DNA of 47,353 bases from positions 1 through 47,353 of the forward strand of contig JAJUGS010000001.1 in assembly GCA_029265875.1 (NCBI GenBank), given 5' to 3'. Source of the stretch: Prolixibacteraceae bacterium. GTDB lineage: Bacteria > Bacteroidota > Bacteroidia > Bacteroidales > Prolixibacteraceae. The translations under genes and the position numbers were made by a program. Below the pieces are notes generated by a model that did no database searches, was not told the origin of the DNA, and saw only the letters and a program-made list of their open reading frames with translations. Shown in pieces: positions 1 through 8,974 of this stretch. Positions within the stretch are counted from its first letter, which is position 1; the number at the start of each line of letters is the position of its first letter.

Positions 1-1785
1 ATTAAATGGTACATCGATGGCGTTTTAGTTGGTGATGCTGAGGTTTCAGGAGCCAATTCAATTGCTGCTTTAAGCAATACCAATGCCTGGCTTTGCAAAG
101 GTGGTTATAATGCTGACCCAACCTGGATGGGAACCATTGACGAGTTCAATATATATAATGGCGTGCTCGATGCAGCTACTATTGCTAAACATGCAAAACA
201 GTATTTAGGGGGCAATGAACTCACGTTAATGCACTCTTATACTTTCGAAGATGGAACAGCCAAGGATGTTGTGGGTACTGCACATGGTATTCTTGAAGGT
301 GATGCTACCGTTGTTGACGGAAACCTTACCCTTTCGGGAACTGGTTTTGTGACTTTACCAGCAGCTGAGATCAATGTTCCTGCTTATGGCAGTATTACTT
401 TGGAAGGTGTATTTAAACAGGCCGAAGGGATGACCAATAAATTTACAGCGCTTGCTTCGTTTGGCGATGTAAATCCAAATGTTAGCTGGATGGGTATCAA
501 CTACATAATCATGCAGCCGACCCGCCAGGACAATGCCAACAGCCGGACATCAATTTCGTGCCTCAACACCAACGATCCTTGGGCCACTGAAAATGGAGTA
601 AACGGGGAAGAGATTGCAGATACTGAAACTCATCATTTCGTAACTGTGATTAATGCCACAGAAATTAAACTTTATATTGATGGGATTTTGATCGGAACAT
701 CACCGTTAACAGGAAACAATTCACTGGCCAATGTTGGCAAAACAGTAGCCTTAATTGGTAAAGACGTATATCCGGGTGACCCGCTTTGGCAAGGTTCTGT
801 TGAAGAATTTAACATCTATCAGGGTGAAATGGATGCCGAAACAATTGCTGAACGCGCTCAAATGTATCTTACTGAGCTAACTTTAATGCACTCCTATACT
901 TTTGAAGATGGTACCGCAAAAGACATGATTGGTAATGCTCATGGTACATTGGAAGGCAACGCAACAGTTTCTGACGGTAAGCTGGAACTAACCGGAAACG
1001 GATTTGTGACCTTACCGGCTGCTGACATCAATATCCCTTCATACAGCAGTATTACCTTTGAAGGTGTATTTAAACAGGCTGAAGGCATGACAGATAAATA
1101 CACAGCGCTTGCTTCATTTGGCAATGTAAATCCGGATGTTAGCTGGATGGGTATCAACTACATCATTTTGCAGCCAACCCGCCAGGATAATGCCAACAGC
1201 CGCACTTCAATTTCTTGTCTGAACACGAATGATCCGTGGGCCACTGAAAGTGCTGTAAACGGAGCTGAAATAACTGATACCAAAACCCATCATTGGGTAA
1301 CGGTTATCACAGCTTCTGAAATCAAACTTTACATTGATGGTGTATTAATTGGTACTTCACCATTAACCGGCAATAACTCTTTGGCCAATGTTGGAACTAC
1401 AGTGGCTTTAATTGGCAAGGATGTTTATCCGGGCGACCCGCTTTGGCAGGGAACAGTTGATGAACTGAATATTTATAAAGGTGAAATGGATGCTGCAACA
1501 ATTGCACAAAGAGCCAATGATTTCATAACCGCAATTTCAGGTATTCAAATTGACAATTCCTCTATTTTGGTTTATCCAACATATTCTTCGGGTGATTTTA
1601 CTGTAAAAACTACCGGGAATAAAGGCATGATTACTGTTTATGACCTTGTAGGAAAATTAGTTCTGAATAGAACCATTGAAAGCACGGAACAGAAAGTAAC
1701 ATTGCAAAATGAAGGGATGTACATCATGAGGGTTGAAAGCGAAGGTGCTATAAAAACCTTTAAAGTATTTAAGACGAAGTTTTAA
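1..1785 (+). CDS. Secreted multi-LamG (concanavalin A-like jellyroll) domain protein with T9SS C-terminal sorting domain; 5'-truncated
   Basis: Frame 1 is open from base 1 (IKWYIDGVLVGDAEVSG...ADPTWMGTIDEFNIYNG), so the ORF-track start at 127 is internal. LamG motifs HHxVTV..KLYIDG and G.(I/V)DE(F/L)NIY recur; the latter two occur three times. The C-terminus VYPT...VYDLVGKLV...GMYIMRV...KTFKVFK is a typical T9SS type A CTD. Confidence 0.85.
   Translation: MKWYIDGVLVGDAEVSGANSIAALSNTNAWLCKGGYNADPTWMGTIDEFNIYNGVLDAATIAKHAKQYLGGNELTLMHSYTFEDGTAKDVVGTAHGILEGDATVVDGNLTLSGTGFVTLPAAEINVPAYGSITLEGVFKQAEGMTNKFTALASFGDVNPNVSWMGINYIIMQPTRQDNANSRTSISCLNTNDPWATENGVNGEEIADTETHHFVTVINATEIKLYIDGILIGTSPLTGNNSLANVGKTVALIGKDVYPGDPLWQGSVEEFNIYQGEMDAETIAERAQMYLTELTLMHSYTFEDGTAKDMIGNAHGTLEGNATVSDGKLELTGNGFVTLPAADINIPSYSSITFEGVFKQAEGMTDKYTALASFGNVNPDVSWMGINYIILQPTRQDNANSRTSISCLNTNDPWATESAVNGAEITDTKTHHWVTVITASEIKLYIDGVLIGTSPLTGNNSLANVGTTVALIGKDVYPGDPLWQGTVDELNIYKGEMDAATIAQRANDFITAISGIQIDNSSILVYPTYSSGDFTVKTTGNKGMITVYDLVGKLVLNRTIESTEQKVTLQNEGMYIMRVESEGAIKTFKVFKTKF
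217..1530 (+). repeat. Intragenic tandem duplication of a 657-bp (219-aa) LamG module
   Basis: ELTLMHSYTFEDGTAKD starts at both 217 and 874. Hand alignment gives about 40 differences in 219 aa (about 82% identity) with no gaps. Confidence 0.95.
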
Positions 1786-1810
1786 CATAAGGTTTTAGTT
1801 AATTATTATT

Positions 1811-1848
1811 TAAAGGGCTGTCCGTCAATCGACGGGCAGCCTTTTAAA
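1811..1848 (+). terminator. Rho-independent terminator after the LamG gene
   Basis: Stem GGCTGTCCGTC / GACGGGCAGCC (one G-U pair), loop AATC, followed by TTTT, about 30 bp after the stop codon. Confidence 0.8.
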
Positions 1849-1968
1849 TTTCAGGTTACAGGATGGATCGTATTTCATTGTTTTTTGTTATTATTATTGA
1901 AAAGCAAAAACGACTCAGGAACAAACTGACTGGTTGATGAAATTTCTTCGGTATTTAATGTGCATACG

Positions 1969-3984
1969 ATGATTTTGGGAAAAAATATCAAACACCTGGC
2001 TGTAATTGCCGGTTTTTTATTAATGGTTTTCGCAGCAACCGGACAACGATGGCCGGCGGGTATCCACGACCCTTCAAAAATTATTAAATGCGACGACACT
2101 TACTGGATTTTCGGCACAGGCGATGGCATTTACAGTATGTATTCAAAAGACCTGATTAACTGGCAGGCTGGTCCGACACCGTTTACCAAAACTGTGTTTC
2201 CTGCATGGATAAAAAGTTACGTGGGCAAATTTGACGGGAATTTCTGGGCACCCGACATTATTTTTATGAATGATAAATACTACCTCTATTATTCCTGTTC
2301 GGAGTGGGGAACCATGACCTCAACAATCGGATGTGTTACCAACAAAACGCTTAATCCCAACTCACCCGAATATAAGTGGGAGGATGTGGGTTTTCTGGGA
2401 ATCTGGTCGTACCAGCCCGGACTGGCGCTGAATGCAATCGACCCGTCGCTGATGAGAGGGCACGACGGTAAAATCTGGATGGTTTACGGTTCGTTTAACG
2501 AACAGGGAATTGTGGTCACTGAAATTGATTCGATTTCTGGTAAACCAAAAACCACTGCCGGAAATCTTCCTGGAATCAGCATCGCCAACTCATGGACAGG
2601 CCCTCAAAGCACCAGTTATGCCGAGGGAGAAGGTGCCTCAATGATTTATCGCGATGGTTATTATTACCTTTTTTACAACAAAGGAGGGTGTTGTGCCGGA
2701 ATTGCCAGTACGTATTACATGGTAATGGGAAGATCAACCAGCCCGAAAGGTCCGTTTTTGGATAAAAGCGGTAAAGCCTTGCGTTTAAAAGGCCAACCCA
2801 GCGGAGGGACAGTGGTGCTGAAACACGACAACAGCCGCGGAACCGATGACCGTTATTTTGGGCCCGGACATTTTGGTTTGTACAGCGAAAATGGCGTCGA
2901 TTATGTAACTTTTCATTATTACGACCCGAACGGATATTATCCGAATCCGGCAGCGAACAACCAGGGAGGGCCAACACTCGGCCTGGCTAAACTGGTTTGG
3001 GGCGAAGATGGCTGGCCTCGTGTATCATTTGATTTTGTTGACGAAGGCATTTACACCATCGAAAATATTTACAGTAAAAAAGTAGCCGATGCTTTTAACC
3101 ACTCAGTCACCGACAGGGCCTCAATTTTTCAGTATGAAAAGGATACAACAATGCAAAGCCAGAAATGGATTTTCAAGTCTTTGGGAACCGGTGAATATGC
3201 CATTTCGGGTTATTCAAACCCGGCCTTTTATATTGAAGCGGGTGGAACCGACAATGCACCCGCTTTGTTATTGACTTCGGAATATAAAGGTTTGATAAAC
3301 CAGCGGTTCAGAACACTTACTTCGCCTGCCGGAAAGACAATAATTTATCCTTCAACCAAAGATGTTGGCTGGGGACTTACAACACCAACCAGCAGTGATG
3401 TTAAAATATTGCTCAGAACTTTAACTGCACAGGATTATTTGCGCTGGAACCTGATTCCATTTCATGAATCACTTTGGGTTTCGGAAACAAAATTAACGGT
3501 TGGACACGCGGCCGGAACCGACAGCAGTATTGTTGTGGAAAGTAATGGTTTGTGGCGTACTACGGTTTTATATGAATCTTGGTTAAACGTTGAATCAACA
3601 GGCAGTGGAAATAAGTTGCTGAAATTATCTTTCAGCGAAAACACTGACACGAACGACCGTAAAAACCGGGTTTATGTTACGTCGAATGGCGGTATTTCGA
3701 AAATTATTAACATTACGCAACTTGGTAAACCCACTGTCATTAATGATGAACTCATGGGAAATAGGTTTGCAGTTTTCCCGAATCCGGTAAATCATGAATT
3801 ATTCGTAGAATGCAGTAATAACGGAAAGCTGGCTGTTTACAACCAAACCGGGCAAAAAGTTAGAGAATTCAATCTTTCGACAGGGAAAAACAAGTTGAAT
3901 TTTGGCGACCTTCATTCAGGTGTTTACTTCTTAATGATCGTTGCAGATAATCAAACTGTTATCAAAAAAATCATTAAAAACTGA
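1969..3984 (+). CDS. GH43 endo-alpha-1,5-L-arabinanase-like enzyme with ricin-type beta-trefoil, BACON and T9SS CTD domains
   Basis: Signal peptide; GH43 motifs HDP, WAPD, AIDP, EG(E)GA and the GGCC motif seen in arabinanases. Ricin-like segment (GIYTIEN...SQKWIF...NQRF), BACON-like segment (SNGLW...SWL...ENT...R...INITQ) and CTD (VFPNPV...GVYFL...KKIIKN). ATG at 1969 preferred over GTG at 1960. Confidence 0.85.
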   Translation: MILGKNIKHLAVIAGFLLMVFAATGQRWPAGIHDPSKIIKCDDTYWIFGTGDGIYSMYSKDLINWQAGPTPFTKTVFPAWIKSYVGKFDGNFWAPDIIFMNDKYYLYYSCSEWGTMTSTIGCVTNKTLNPNSPEYKWEDVGFLGIWSYQPGLALNAIDPSLMRGHDGKIWMVYGSFNEQGIVVTEIDSISGKPKTTAGNLPGISIANSWTGPQSTSYAEGEGASMIYRDGYYYLFYNKGGCCAGIASTYYMVMGRSTSPKGPFLDKSGKALRLKGQPSGGTVVLKHDNSRGTDDRYFGPGHFGLYSENGVDYVTFHYYDPNGYYPNPAANNQGGPTLGLAKLVWGEDGWPRVSFDFVDEGIYTIENIYSKKVADAFNHSVTDRASIFQYEKDTTMQSQKWIFKSLGTGEYAISGYSNPAFYIEAGGTDNAPALLLTSEYKGLINQRFRTLTSPAGKTIIYPSTKDVGWGLTTPTSSDVKILLRTLTAQDYLRWNLIPFHESLWVSETKLTVGHAAGTDSSIVVESNGLWRTTVLYESWLNVESTGSGNKLLKLSFSENTDTNDRKNRVYVTSNGGISKIINITQLGKPTVINDELMGNRFAVFPNPVNHELFVECSNNGKLAVYNQTGQKVREFNLSTGKNKLNFGDLHSGVYFLMIVADNQTVIKKIIKN

Positions 3985-3990
3985 AGTTAC

Positions 3991-4031
3991 CAAAAATCGG
4001 GCACCTGAAAAACCTTACTTTTTCAGGTACC
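3991..4031 (-). terminator. Hairpin/terminator at the convergent junction, overlapping the susD stop codon
   Basis: Minus-strand RNA reads GGUACCUGAAAAA-GUAAGG-UUUUUCAGGUGCC (13-bp stem, one G-U), then CGAUUUUU. The UAA stop lies in the loop. Confidence 0.6.
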
Positions 4032-5661
4032 AATTGTTTTCATTCATAAGTTTTGAACGGATTGCCTGTATGTTTCCGATGTGTTTTGCCGCAATTTTAT
4101 CGGCCAGAAATGCCGGATCGTTTCTGCGTATGGCAATTCTCATTAAATCATGAAAACGGCTGCCTTCGAAAGCAGTTTCAAGTGCCAGCTCTTCAATGAT
4201 TTTATCTTCAACATAAATAATTGAATCTTCTTTTGTGGTCAGAGCCGGAATAACATAGTCAGTTGCCCGGTGCATGTTTCCGCAGCCACGCGAATGCACA
4301 CCGATGTTATTGTCGAAAACAATGTTGCTGAAATTTACATAGTCGATAAAAGTGCCGGTTGAATCGGTGTAAACGCTGTATTTTTCGTGGCGTGGCACAA
4401 TGGTGTCAACTGCCAGCACATCAGCATTCATTCCGTGTTTCAGAACGGCAAAAGCCAGGTTGGGTTTGCCGGCGCGGTTCACCGCTTCGGCATAACGCAG
4501 GTAGAGCGTGGCAACCCGGTAAACCATCACGGCTTTCGATACTTCTGCTTCGTTCCACATCAAATAGTACTTCAAAATACCATTCCCATGATTGAAGGTA
4601 ATATTGGGTGTGGGGGTTGCAGGAGTAATATAGGCTCCGAGCGGTCCCCGCAAATCGCCTGTTATCGTTGCATTTTCGTTATAGTAATAAATTTGTTTGC
4701 CCCAATTATCAATTGCTGCCTGCGAGGGTTTTACCTCATAATTGGCAATGGTCATTTTATACAATTCATCTTCTTCTCCCAGCTCAGTTGAGCCGGCAAT
4801 TAAAGTAATCTGCTCGCTGGTGGTAAGTTCAAAAATATCAAGGTAATTCTGGTCGATTAAATCCCTCTTCACAAAAACGCCGTTATCCACGGTCCATGTT
4901 GAGCGGTACCGGTCGTCAATCACATAGCGTTTGGCTTCTATCAGCGAATAATATTCGCGGGCCGCTTTTTCAAATTGGCCGCTCCACATGTACAAATCGC
5001 CCAGCAAAAGCGGAATCGGGAAAAACAGCTTTTCGCTCGACATATCCACTCCGAGTGAAATTCTGCCTGGTGTTTCGACATTTTTCACCGGTTCAAGGTC
5101 GTGAATTAAAAAAGGTACAAGTTCGCTGATGGAATATTCAGGTAACTGTTTTTGTGCTGCCTGGACCGTAAGAAGGGGTTCGGTGTAATATTTAGCTTTT
5201 CCATAGTTCATTGCAAGCTGCATATAGGTCCAGGCCCTGATTGCTTTAGCGGCTGCATATTCTTTTAACAGCGATTTTTCACCACCCGATACCAAAGCTG
5301 TGTCGATATTATAAATGAGATAATTACAATGGTTAATTACTGAATAGTAATCTTCAATGGCATTGTACGGATTATCGGAGGAGATTTCCAGGTTATTGAT
5401 TTCTTTTAATTCTGAACTTGCATTTTCGGTAACATCCATCAGGTCGGCCCTGAGTTCGCCCAGTATAACATATCGGTCGGCCAGTTTCTGAAGTTTTGTA
5501 AAAATGCCCATCATCGAATAAATCGAGTCGTTTGGTGAATCGATTTTATGATTTTCCGGAAACATTGTCCGTTCTGAATTTACATCAAGCATTGTGTCGC
5601 AACTGGTGGCAATACCTGCCAGAACGATTAGCCCATATAATATTTGATTGATTTTTTTCAT
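4015..5661 (-). CDS. susD: RagB/SusD family glycan-binding outer membrane lipoprotein
   Basis: Lipobox ATSC; YSVINHCN, AKAIRAWTY, RVATLYLRYAEA and ELALETAFEGSRFHDLMR motifs; directly downstream of a SusC gene. Confidence 0.93.
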   Translation of the reverse strand: MKKINQILYGLIVLAGIATSCDTMLDVNSERTMFPENHKIDSPNDSIYSMMGIFTKLQKLADRYVILGELRADLMDVTENASSELKEINNLEISSDNPYNAIEDYYSVINHCNYLIYNIDTALVSGGEKSLLKEYAAAKAIRAWTYMQLAMNYGKAKYYTEPLLTVQAAQKQLPEYSISELVPFLIHDLEPVKNVETPGRISLGVDMSSEKLFFPIPLLLGDLYMWSGQFEKAAREYYSLIEAKRYVIDDRYRSTWTVDNGVFVKRDLIDQNYLDIFELTTSEQITLIAGSTELGEEDELYKMTIANYEVKPSQAAIDNWGKQIYYYNENATITGDLRGPLGAYITPATPTPNITFNHGNGILKYYLMWNEAEVSKAVMVYRVATLYLRYAEAVNRAGKPNLAFAVLKHGMNADVLAVDTIVPRHEKYSVYTDSTGTFIDYVNFSNIVFDNNIGVHSRGCGNMHRATDYVIPALTTKEDSIIYVEDKIIEELALETAFEGSRFHDLMRIAIRRNDPAFLADKIAAKHIGNIQAIRSKLMNENNWYLKK

Positions 5662-5711
5662 CTTTTATATTTTATAACAATTCCTGGTTTCCCGTAATTT
5701 CAGCCAATTGG

Positions 5712-8700
5712 TTACAGGTTCATTTTTATCCCTATAAAATAGCTCCGTGTAAGTGGCAGCATTCCGGCATCGATACCCTGATAAAGAACGTCGTTTTTCA
5801 CCGAAACTTCAGGATCGCGGCCCAGATAGTTTGTGAATGTGAACAGGTTGTTTCCGGATACCCAGATTTTAAGACCCTCAATCACCGATTTTTTCATTGG
5901 GATATTATATCCCAGCGATAAAGTTTTAAAACGCAGGTAAGAACCATCTTCAATCCAGCGGTCAGAGAAGCGTGAGTTTCCCATCGGGTCCATGTAAGTA
6001 ACTTTGGGCTGAACAGTTTCCTGGCCCTCGTAAAACCAGCGGTTCAACATGGCAGTTGTCTGGTTTGAAAATAATCTCCCCGATTCGAGGCTGGCACGCA
6101 GCGCATTGTAAACATCGTTTCCGTATGAATAGGTAAAAAGCATATCCAAAGTAAAATTCCCGATATCGATTTTGCTGTTGAACGAACCAAAAAAATCGGG
6201 GTTTGGATCTCCAATCACCTGACGGTCTTTTTCATTTATAATGTTGTTGTTGTCCAAATCAGCAAAATGAATATCGCCGGCTTTAAAAGGTATGCTAATA
6301 CCGTTTTTATCAATCATTTTCAGGTTTGAGCTGAGGGCATCTTCCTGGCTGGTGAAAACACCGAGTGTTTTGTATCCGTAAAATACTCCGGCGGGATTTC
6401 CAACTGAAGTCAAAATATCGGCACCATAGAATGTAGTGTTGAATTCTCCTTCGTCGGGCAACGATTCAATTTTGTTTTTATAATGACCGATACTTCCTCC
6501 CAGTTCCCATTTAAAAGCAGTGCGGTTTACCACTTTCAATCCGGCCGAAATCTCGAAACCTTTATTTGTCATTTCTCCGCCATTACCCCAGTAATAGCCG
6601 CTTCCCAACACTTCGGGCAACGATTTCAGGAATAACAAATCTTTTGTCGTGTTACTGTAAAAATCAGCAGTAACCGATAAGCGGTTGTTAAAAAGAATGG
6701 CATCTAATCCTAAGCTTGCTTTACCTGTGGTTTCCCACTGAATTTCTGAATTACCGATGTTTGCCAGCACCAATCCATTTGCCCTGTCCATGTAACGGGT
6801 CGATTCGAAATAAGCGGTGAACGCATAGGGTTCAATATCGTCGTTCCCCGCTAAACCATAACCGGCGCGAAGTTTCAGTAAATCAACGGCATTTATACCT
6901 GACATGAAATTTTCAGAAGAGATCAGCCAGCCGGCATTTACCGATGGAAAAACAGCCCAACTGTGGCCAAACATCTGGAAACCACCTTGTGTTTCGCTGC
7001 CAAAACGCGAAGAAGCATCCATGGCAATGGCTGCCGACAATAAATAACGGTTGTCGAAAGAATAATCCGCCATCAGGAAATTCGAAATCGATTTTACACG
7101 GTTGTTTGCACCGTCAGTTTTTCTGATAAGCTGGTTGAGCAGGTTACGTTTTTGGTCTGACCCGGAATTATGTCCTTCGCCATAATCCATTTCGAAAAAG
7201 TTTGAAATGTACCGGAATCCTGCAACCGCTTTAATATCATGTACTTCATTAACCTGTTTCGAGAAATTTAAACGGGTATCGTCAAATATGTCAATATTTC
7301 TCATAATCTGGCTTTTGAAAACATTTTCAGAAACTCCGATGCCTGGCAATTCGCGGTCGGCAACTCCCACCATGGGGCTGTAATAAGTTTCTTTGAATTT
7401 ATCGATGGCATAATCGAACTGTGTACTCAACACAAAAGCGGGCGAGAGTTTGAATTCGGGCTTAACGCCAATAGAAAGCCTGTAATGTTTGTTTGTATTC
7501 AAAGCATTCGCAATAACAGCCGTAGGGTTGCTAACACCGAAAATGTCAGCATCTTCAAGATCGGTGGTTAATGTTCCGGTTGGCGTATAAGTATTAGGGC
7601 TCAGAAAAGGTGCTTTAACCATGGCAAGATAGGTTGGCGAGGTATATTGGTTAATACCATCATCGAGCAGGTTACGGTCGATGCTTGTATAGCCAATATT
7701 CATTCCCAGTTTTATGTTTTCGGAAAGAAAGAAATCAGCATTTGTGCGGGTATTTAAACGTTGCAGGCCGGCTGTATTTACAATGCCAGTATTTCCGGTG
7801 TAGCCAAGCGAAAAGTAATAAAGAGCCTTTGCATCGCCTCCGTTTACTCCAATGTTGTAACTGTGTGTAAAACCTTGCCTGTAAACTTCTTCGTCCCAGT
7901 TGGTAACATTGTGGTATTTTTTATAGGTAATCGAGGTTGGGTCATCGTTAAAAAATGGCAGGGCATCCATCTGTTCCGAAGTCATTCCGGTTGACCCCAG
8001 CAAATCGCTTGTGTATATACGAAACTGGTCGCCATTCATAACTGGCAGTGAGGAAGCTTTTTCGGTTAAACCGGCGAATGCGTTAAATACGATTTTTGTA
8101 GCCATATCTTCACCCCGTTTGGTTTTGATGATGATTACGCCATTGCCTCCTTTTGAACCGTAAATTGAAGTTCCGTCTTTTATCACTGAAACACTTTCAA
8201 TATCGCTTAAATCGATATCATCCAGCGGGTTATTATAAAACCCGTCATGCACCGATTGCATGTCGGAATAATTATTCCAAATTACACCATCGACGATAAA
8301 AAGGGGTTGGGCATACATGTTAACCGAATTTAGACCCCTGATGAACATAGATGTACCTAATCCACTATTTCCTGAACGGCTCATGGCACGCACCTCGCCA
8401 TTCAGTTTCGACTGGATTGCATCGTCAACCGAAAGAGGAGTGGGATAACCCAGGTCGCTTCTTTCTTTTACAGCATTTGCTGTCATTGTTGAACCAACTG
8501 TTCCAGCCACATTTTCAATATCTTTATACAAATCCCTGAATACTTCTGAAAAAAGATCAATATCAAGACTTTGTTTTCCCCTTACCGGCACTTCGCGCAA
8601 GTCGTAGTCGAAAGCATTTACAATTAAAATTTCACCTGATGAACTGACTTTGATACTAAAATTCCCCTGTTCATCGGTTGTTGCTGCCGATTTTTGTTTG

Positions 8701-8957
8701 AATGCACGGATTTGCGCGGCACTGATGGGTTGCCGGGTTATTGCATCCCTGACGGTGCCTTTCAAAGTAAATACCGAATTATCTGACTTTGAAATGGAAT
8801 CGATTGACAAACTGTTTTTTACGGCATCAGAATCTGTTTGCCCGAAAGCCACAATACTTATGGCCAGCATACCTGACATTATGCATATTTGGCGGAATTT
8901 TCGTAAGAGGTGATTCCTCATCGTAATTTTATTTTTTATATCTCTGTTCATTTTCAT
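5712..8957 (-). CDS. susC: SusC/RagA family TonB-dependent transporter
   Basis: Plug motif PLFIVDG...DIESVSVIKDGTSIYGSKGGNGVIIIKTK; QWETT; SDRWIEDGSYLRFK; GRDPEV; beta-barrel C-terminus. The start may be a few codons downstream. Confidence 0.95.
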   Translation of the reverse strand: MKMNRDIKNKITMRNHLLRKFRQICIMSGMLAISIVAFGQTDSDAVKNSLSIDSISKSDNSVFTLKGTVRDAITRQPISAAQIRAFKQKSAATTDEQGNFSIKVSSSGEILIVNAFDYDLREVPVRGKQSLDIDLFSEVFRDLYKDIENVAGTVGSTMTANAVKERSDLGYPTPLSVDDAIQSKLNGEVRAMSRSGNSGLGTSMFIRGLNSVNMYAQPLFIVDGVIWNNYSDMQSVHDGFYNNPLDDIDLSDIESVSVIKDGTSIYGSKGGNGVIIIKTKRGEDMATKIVFNAFAGLTEKASSLPVMNGDQFRIYTSDLLGSTGMTSEQMDALPFFNDDPTSITYKKYHNVTNWDEEVYRQGFTHSYNIGVNGGDAKALYYFSLGYTGNTGIVNTAGLQRLNTRTNADFFLSENIKLGMNIGYTSIDRNLLDDGINQYTSPTYLAMVKAPFLSPNTYTPTGTLTTDLEDADIFGVSNPTAVIANALNTNKHYRLSIGVKPEFKLSPAFVLSTQFDYAIDKFKETYYSPMVGVADRELPGIGVSENVFKSQIMRNIDIFDDTRLNFSKQVNEVHDIKAVAGFRYISNFFEMDYGEGHNSGSDQKRNLLNQLIRKTDGANNRVKSISNFLMADYSFDNRYLLSAAIAMDASSRFGSETQGGFQMFGHSWAVFPSVNAGWLISSENFMSGINAVDLLKLRAGYGLAGNDDIEPYAFTAYFESTRYMDRANGLVLANIGNSEIQWETTGKASLGLDAILFNNRLSVTADFYSNTTKDLLFLKSLPEVLGSGYYWGNGGEMTNKGFEISAGLKVVNRTAFKWELGGSIGHYKNKIESLPDEGEFNTTFYGADILTSVGNPAGVFYGYKTLGVFTSQEDALSSNLKMIDKNGISIPFKAGDIHFADLDNNNIINEKDRQVIGDPNPDFFGSFNSKIDIGNFTLDMLFTYSYGNDVYNALRASLESGRLFSNQTTAMLNRWFYEGQETVQPKVTYMDPMGNSRFSDRWIEDGSYLRFKTLSLGYNIPMKKSVIEGLKIWVSGNNLFTFTNYLGRDPEVSVKNDVLYQGIDAGMLPLTRSYFIGIKMNL

Positions 8958-8974
8958 CTTAATATTTTCAAAAC

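Noticed and set aside
217-1530. Repeat pair as the template/variable repeats of a diversity-generating retroelement
   Set aside because: Both copies are in-frame coding domains, the differences are not confined to adenines and include many synonymous changes, and no reverse transcriptase is in the window.
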